In this document: piece after piece, positions 56,900 through 64,000 of the stretch
Layout: every line of letters starts with the position of its first letter
Numbering within the stretch: the first letter of the stretch is position 1
Source of the DNA: Octopus vulgaris
Lineage: Eukaryota
Length of the DNA stretch: 64,000 nucleotides
Direction: 5' to 3'
NCBI GenBank assembly: GCA_951406725.2
Contig: OX597814.1
Coordinates: forward strand, 45,384,001 to 45,448,000
Position numbers and translations under genes: made by a program
Notes under the pieces: generated by a model
What the model was told of the DNA's origin: nothing
Databases searched by the model: none
What the model saw: only the letters and a program-made list of their open reading frames with translations

Positions 56900-59800
56900 A
56901 GTAAAGAATTGAATCTTCTGTTACGAACATGGACGATTGCTAGCGGTGTCCGCCAAACAACATCCTCACTGCTGCACTGAAGAGCAATGGCTTCTGTCGA
57001 TAGAGCGGAAGAAAAGGAATTCAGCTGATCCTATGCCCTTATCAGACCACACATTGACACTCTTGATAACATCATGGAAAACTACTGTGGCAAGACTGAT
57101 AAGGATAGAGAAAACGAAGCAAAAGCCAGAAGTCTCTTTGATCCAGTGGTTCCCCAAAAACAATGTATCTCCCACCCCTGTGAACAACCAGGCTGATAAG
57201 GATAGGGAAGCTAAGGAAGCAAAAACCAGAAGTCCCTCTGTGCCAGTGGTCCTACATCGGAACGGGGTCCTCACCCACTGGACAATCAGAGGAATGCAAG
57301 TACTACCACAAAAAAAGGAAGGAAAGAACACGAACACAAACATAAAGAAGGAAGGGGAGAAAAAGGAAAAGGAAAACTGAAATAACAAACCCGAAACCCC
57401 AAACCACCAAACAAAAAAACAGAAAATTCAAATATGGAAGCCCCAATGGAATCCGAAATTCTGGAGAGAAGAAATTTGGTGTGAAGTCAAGGACGTGCAA
57501 ATTTTACCTACAAGGCAAATGTTGGCATGAGGAAGACGGTACAAACTGTCAGTTTGTTCACCTGAGACCCCTGCCAAAATTACAGGGGCCTTAAGGAGAA
57601 ATACTCCCCAAACGAAAGGCACCAATCGTCTCTAAAGAAAAAATATACAAATACAGTGCGCTCTTCAGATGTTATGCGCAAGGCAGTAGCTGAGCAAGAG
57701 TCTTTTTGTGCAAGGCGCAAAAGATTGTGCAGCAGCTGACCAGACTACATCAAGTGCAAACCAAGAACCTTGCCCACTACAATTAACAGATACGGGTTGG
57801 CCTCTCCTAGAGCCTGCACAGTCGTCATACCAATATTTTTACTAAATACTGGTGGGGGGCTGTTGCATCACAAGAACAAATGCAATTTTTTTTTTCCTGA
57901 GAGACCTTGCTACATGCAATCAAGCCCTATACATAGCACTCGTGGAAACTCATCGGAGCCCTGATATAGAGGATGCAGAAGTACACGTGCCAAAATATAC
58001 CATACTATGAACAGACAGAAAGGAAAGGATCCATGGTGGAGTTGCTGTGTACACCCGTGAAGACCTCACACCCAAGGTCTTACTATCATACTCAAATTCA
58101 GTATGTGACACTCTAATTGTATACATAAGACAACACAATATAGTCATATCCAATACATATCGCCCACCAGATGCTCCAAACCACATAGGCAAGTTTGAAG
58201 ATTTCCTCACAAGAATTAAATAAATTCTCATGAAACTGGAATACCAACTGGAATATGGGTGATTTCCATTTCTCCAATGTCAAACGGCCCGAAGGCCTTA
58301 TGCTTTCAGGAATGACTCATAGCAAACAAGCACAGGTGGAGTCCCTGCTCACCCTCACCAATACCCTATTCATAGAGCAAGTTGTGCTTAGACCAACTAG
58401 GGCGAATAACATTTTGGATCTCTGCTTCACAAACAATGCGGATATCGTTCATTAGTTTCGGATCACAACATAATAGAGCTGTCTACGTATGGACCAAAAA
58501 TTAGCCAGCGACATACAGCCTAAAAGAAGCATCCAAAATCTCTACAATCCGAACTTCCACAAAGCAGACTGGAAATCGATCCACAAAGAGATGCTCAGAC
58601 AGGACTGGCCGAAAAGTTTCTCCACACCAGATGTTGGCATGAAACTAGAATATTTCATGTCTGCTATGCAAACCATATGCCAGAAATATGTCCTAGAGTA
58701 CATGGCCAACATAAAAAGGAACATGATTCCAAAGGAGAGGAATATCTTCATGAGACAACTGACGAAGGTTGCAAGTCGCTTCAACCAACACTCCAAAAGT
58801 AGCGAAAGATCCCGCCAAAATACAACACTGATGGAGATTGAAGAAAGCCTGCAACAATCCTATGTGAGGGAGAAAGCAGGCAAAGAAGCCTGGGTTATAA
58901 AAATATTAAGTCAAATCCAAATGCCTTCTTTCATTATGCGAAAGAAACAGTCTCAGTACGCTGCAAAATAAGACCTCTCTTCGAGAAGAATTGCTACTCA
59001 TAGATAGTCCAACCAGGCTCAGTGACGTACGGAATGACCAGTTCTTTACCACCCCACTGGAACACAGATAAGTGAACGAACCAGTGAATTTCTTTGCCGC
59101 CTCACCTATAACCAGCGAGGCAGTTACGATGGAATACATCGATATTAGCGAAGATATACTACTAGCCATAGATGAGGTGGACGCAAACTCAACTGCTGGT
59201 CCTGATGGTTTCCCAGCAATCCTCCTCAAATCGTGTAAGCGTTCCTTGGCGAAACCACTTCAGATTCTCTTCCAGAGCGTTCTTGCAAATGGCAAGTTGC
59301 CATGCAAACTGAAGGAGGAAATAAAATTCCCAATCCACAAAAGGAGGAAGTAGAGCAGATGCCAAAAACTATAGGCCAATCTCTCTGACTTCACACATCA
59401 GTAAAGTCATGGAACGGATAGTCAGAGGGAAACTAATCGCATTCCTTGAAGAAAACGACTTGCTGAGTGATATCCAGCATGGCTTTCAACCAGGTAGGAG
59501 CTGCCTTACCCAACTCTTATAGCAGTACTCAACAACTCAAATGTTGACTTTGCAAAAGCTTTTGATAAAGTGGATCATGGTATGATATACCACAAACTGC
59601 GTGATCTCGGCATAGCTGGAGAACTTGGAGAGTGGTTACATGACTTTCTGAAAGTTAGAAGTCAGGCGGTAGTGGCCAATGGAGCCACCTCAAAGAAAAC
59701 ATAAATAGTAAGCAGTATTCCACAGGGCACTGTCTTAGGACCACTGCTTTTCATAGATATGCCCTCAGCTGCCCGGATAGCCACCCTTGTTAGCTACGTA

Positions 59801-60640
59801 GACGATACGAAAGTCTCGGAGAAAATACCCCAGCGATGTTGCACACCTGCAGCCGGAGTTGAACTCGATTTACAGATGGGCTGAGGATAATGCTATGCAG
59901 TTTAATGCTGAAAAATTCCAAGCCCTACGCTACAAGCGTCCAAAACTAAATTACAGGGTACACTGGTCCACAGGCGATTATAACCCCAGAGTCTAAATCA
60001 ATGAGGGACCTGGGTATCGACATGTGTGGTGATACCTCTTTCCAAGTGCACATTACCAGGATGGCGACAAAGTGCAAACGACTGGCTGGCTGGATCCTAG
60101 GAACGTTCAGAACCAATGAGAAAAAAACCATGATGGTCCTCTGGAGGACATTCGTCCTCAGGCGCCCGGATTACTGCTCCCAACTATGATCAACCAACAG
60201 TGTAAAATTAACAGCAGACCTTGAAGCAATCCAGCGAACCTTCACAAAGAAGATCGTCTCATTGCAGCAGCTCGGCTACTGGGAAAAGCTGAAAAAGATA
60301 AAACCCTACTCCCTGGAGCGAAGGCGGGAGAGGTATGCAGTAATATACATCTGGAAGACCCTGGGAGGAATTGTGCTAAATTTTGGCTACACAAATGCCA
60401 GAACAGGTCGACACTGCACAGTGCCAAAGATCCCAACAATGCCATCGTGCTTCAGGGCCACTTACTGCAACACCCTGGGTTTCAGGGGCCCACAGCTTTT
60501 TAATATTTTCCCAAAGAGCCTGAGTGACCTACACAAAGTGGACGTAGGTGTTTTCAGATCAAAACTGGAACTCTTCCTTTCGAGAATCCCAGAAGAACCT
60601 ACCTTGCAGCAAGAGGTGCAAATGAGGGTAGCGACAAAGG
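56900..60640 (+). mobile_element. Near full-length decayed CR1-group LINE (ORF1 with CCCH-like finger, APE endonuclease, RT)
   Basis: CKFYLQGKCWH at ~57495; endonuclease HGGVAVY, YRPP, MGDFHF, NILDLCFTN; RT AGPDGFP, NYRPISLTS, DFAKAFDKVDH, PQGTVLGP, YVDD; C-terminal SLERRRERY; 3' tail missing. Confidence 0.92.
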
Positions 60641-60739
60641 GTTTCGTCAAAACCATTACTTTTATACCTAATGTGTATTTTCTTTGCTTCTTTTTTACTT
60701 TTCCCCTATACATACATATTAAAATATATATATATATAT

Positions 60740-61350
60740 ATTATATAATTAGGGCTTAGTAAAATAAATTACTTTGCCACATACTAGACTTAGTAGAAAT
60801 AGCAGCCAAAACAAATTTTTTTAGCCATTTCTACTACTTAAAGAAAAATTTCTCTCAGATAATCTTTACTCCAGACAGCCCACGAAGGTTTGGAGGTAAA
60901 TACAGAAAAATATCACAAGTACATAGATCGTTTGAGTACGTCAACGTTTCAAGATTAGCCAAATAAAATCAGCATTTCTTTCGTCAGCTCAAAATTTCTT
61001 AATTTGGATTTGGAAACACTAAAAAGAAATGCTGATTTTATTTGGCTAATCTTGAAACGTTGACGTACTCAAACGATCTATGTACTTGTGATATTTTTCT
61101 GTATTTACCTCCAAACCTTCGTGAGCTGTCTGGAGTAAACATTATCTGAGAGAAATTTTTCTTTAAGTAGTAGAAATGGCTAAAAAAATTTGTTTTGGCT
61201 GCTATTTCTACTAAGTCCAGTATGTGGCAAAGTAATTTATTTTACTAAGCCCTAATTATATAATGTAATATTTTGAATTCGCCTTAAATGGTCCTTTTAC
61301 ATACTGAACACTTGGTGAAATTGATTAATTAATTTTACCCTCAATTGTTG

Positions 61351-61355
<5 letters not shown>
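60740..61355 (+). mobile_element. Fold-back element in (TA)n with ~240-bp arms and tail
   Basis: Arms 60740-60981 and 61023-61264 with few mismatches; unpaired tail 61265-61355. Confidence 0.9.
60931..60993 (-). ncRNA. Type I hammerhead ribozyme
   Basis: Minus strand TTTGAG-CTGACGA-AAGA..TCTT-GAAAC-GTTGAC-GTA-CTCAAA. Confidence 0.88.
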
Positions 61356-61390
<35 letters not shown>

Positions 61391-61393
<3 letters not shown>

Positions 61394-61632
61394 AATTGAG
61401 ATAGGGGTTGTAAATGCAACCCACCATGGGATACCATATATCCAATATACTGCTAGTGAGGTACCCAACAAAGTTAATACATAAATGTTAAGAATTGCGA
61501 TACAATTAATTCATTTATTGTATTATATGGGCAAAGGTAAAAATTTTTACCACAAATTCATAATACAAAGTAAGAAAATGGAGAACTGGTAATTGATATT
61601 TGATTTCGATGTATTTCTCCATTTTCTTATTT

Positions 61633-61637
<5 letters not shown>
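61391..61637. mobile_element. Short TA-embedded insert ending in a 23-bp inverted repeat
   Basis: atacaaagtaagaaaatggagaa / ttctccattttcttattttgtat. Confidence 0.6.
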
Positions 61638-61691
<54 letters not shown>

Positions 61692-61775
61692 TTAGAGACA
61701 AAACCACTATTTTGCAAAACAAACAAGGAAAGACTTAATCAATACATAAAATTTTAATAAAAAGTAAAAAAACCG

Positions 61776-61818
61776 CCACTACAACTGTTTCATGTCTTGA
61801 ACGACAATCTTCAGGTGG
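61776..61818 (-). ncRNA. Type I hammerhead ribozyme
   Basis: Inverted copy of 63300-63342; stem III ACAGTTGT. Confidence 0.88.
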
Positions 61819-63299
61819 ATTTCCGATCTAAAATATCAATATTTTAAAATATAAGTATAAAAAATAATTTTAAAATAATTAAAGTACCAATGAAAAAATA
61901 TAAATATATAATCTATATATAACCTATATATAATCCATATATAATCAATATATAAACTAAAATAAACCTATCAACAATTAAATATAAAACAAAATAAAAA
62001 TAAACTATATATACACACATACACATATAACTAAGTATATATAACCATATCTAAATACATACACTAACTCACACACCTATATATATATCCCTATACATAC
62101 ACATAAAAACGTCTAGGCAACGATAAATAAATAAAATAGCCAAATACTTCAACACAATACTTATTCATACTCCCTCACACACACATACAACCCACATTCA
62201 TAAACAATATACGTATACCCGCTCACACATACATATACAAACATACAGAACTCGATATATACACCAATATATTCACACCCACATCTATACAGATAAATAA
62301 ATTACGCAAACAATCACACACACACACACATTCACACATACATAAACACTCAAAAGAAAAATAAACAATTCTTTGCACGTGGTGATCGAACGTTTTTTTT
62401 TTTAATTATGAATGGAATAATATATAATCAACTTAAATATACAGAATTTACTACGAATCATTAATAAACCATCATGATAAAAGAAACCCATATACATATA
62501 ATGATAAAACTCCCTTTACCATACACAATTATACCTATATAGCAATCTCCATATATACATTCACACACAAATATACATACGTAAAACACACACACACAAA
62601 CATATACGTATACCCCCTCACATATACATATACATACGTACTAAACTCGATATATACAACAATATGTTCACACCCACACTCATACAGATAAATAAATTAC
62701 ACAACTAAAATACGCACACACACACACATTCACACATACATAAACAATTGTTTATTTTTCTTTTGAGTGTTTATGCATGTGTGAATGTGTGTGTGTGTGT
62801 GTGATTGTTTGCGTAATTTATTTATCTGTATAGATGTGGGTGTGAATATATTGGTGTATATATCGAGTTCTGTATGTTTGTATATGTATGTGTGAGCGGG
62901 TATACGTATATTGTTTATGAATGTGGGTTGTATGTGTGTGTGAGGGAGTATGAATAAGTATTGTGTTGAAGTATTTGGCTATTTTATTTATTTATCGTTG
63001 CCTAGACGTTTTTATGTGTATGTATAGGGATATATATATAGGTGTGTGAGTTAGTGTATGTATTTAGATATGGTTATATATACTTAGTTATATGTGTATG
63101 TGTGTATATATAGTTTATTTTTATTTTGTTTTATATTTAATTGTTGATAGGTTTATTTTAGTTTATATATTGATTATATATGGATTATATATAGGTTATA
63201 TATAGATTATATATTTATATTTTTTCATTGATACTTTAATTATTTTAAAATTATTTTTTATACTTATATTTTAAAATATTGATATTTTAGATCGGAAAT

Positions 63300-63342
63300 C
63301 CACCTGAAGATTGTCGTTCAAGACATGAAACAATTGTAGTGG
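63300..63342 (+). ncRNA. Type I hammerhead ribozyme
   Basis: CCAC-CTGAAGA-T-TGTC-gttcaa-GACA-T-GAAAC-AATT-GTA-GTGG; cleavage predicted after 63338. Confidence 0.88.
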
Positions 63343-63513
63343 CGGTTTTTTTACTTTTTATTAAAATTTTATGTATTGATTAAGTCTTTCCTTGTTTGTT
63401 TTGCAAAATAGTGGTTTTGTCTCTAATTAATATTATATAATATTTTACTATAAAATTGGATTTAATCCTAAATCTGATTTTTTCCTGTAAATTTGGATTT
63501 ATTCCCTAATATT

Positions 63514-63584
<71 letters not shown>

Positions 63585-63591
63585 TGTATAT

Positions 63592-63788
63592 ATGTGACCT
63601 CGTGTGTACCGTTGGCGATGTTTTTTTCCTCTGTCTTCCCTTCTCTGGATCTTTCCTTCTCCTATGTTTCCGACGAAGAGCTCCGCTCGAAACGTTAAAC
63701 CCTCCTTCTTTCCTGAACGTCCAATAATACTATATTTGTTCCACGTCCTCGCGTTGTTGTGTTTTTTTGTGCTTTCTTGTTTGGATTA

Positions 63789-63793
<5 letters not shown>
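63592..63793 (+). mobile_element. TA-embedded pLTR-like repeat with minimal hammerhead (63666-63700)
   Basis: GTTT-CCGACGA-AGAGC-tcc-GCTC-GAAAC-GTT-AAAC; U4 changed to C in the core. Confidence 0.7.
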
Positions 63794-63859
<66 letters not shown>

Positions 63860-64000
63860 AAATAAGTTTCGGGTAAAAACCCTATGTGCTATGCAAAGCT
63901 CTTTCACAGATATTGACTACTTGATGTTATCAAGTGGAAATGCCCTTGCTACAGATTTACATTAGGAATTCCATAGTATCCGGAGAGTTTATATGTCATT

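Larger units (their letters stand above)
61681..63518 (+). mobile_element. Large fold-back element in (TA)n with ~690-bp arms and tail
   Basis: Arms ~61681-62370 and ~62746-63438, near-identical; spacer holds a diverged direct repeat of ~62200-62348; tail 63440-63518. Confidence 0.92.

Overview
AT-rich, microsatellite-dense eukaryotic DNA with no recognisable host gene, so intergenic or deep intronic. The tRNA-headed SINE families and repeat landscape look like an octopod cephalopod (inference). Nearly all listed ORFs are microsatellite or repeat artefacts. Decayed coding remnants: a CsRn1-type Gypsy element fused to a DD37D/maT transposase, a near full-length CR1-group LINE plus a 3' fragment, RTE and R4/Dong-like LINE pieces, and a Penelope-type GIY-YIG domain. 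Non-coding mobile DNA: at least four SINE families and hAT MITEs with clear TSDs. The main hidden signal is about 13 type I hammerhead ribozyme motifs from several unrelated sequence families. Many sit in fold-back elements inserted in (TA)n tracts with a shared tail-plus-inverted-arm layout, resembling Penelope pLTRs or retrozymes; one has a 507-bp tandem monomer. Other notable items: a LINE/SINE shared 3' tail with compensatory stem changes, a tailless tRNA-Ser(CGA) retrocopy with a 20-bp TSD, and a TTAGGG array enclosed by about 140-bp inverted repeats. All coordinates were read by eye; ends of decayed elements are approximate.
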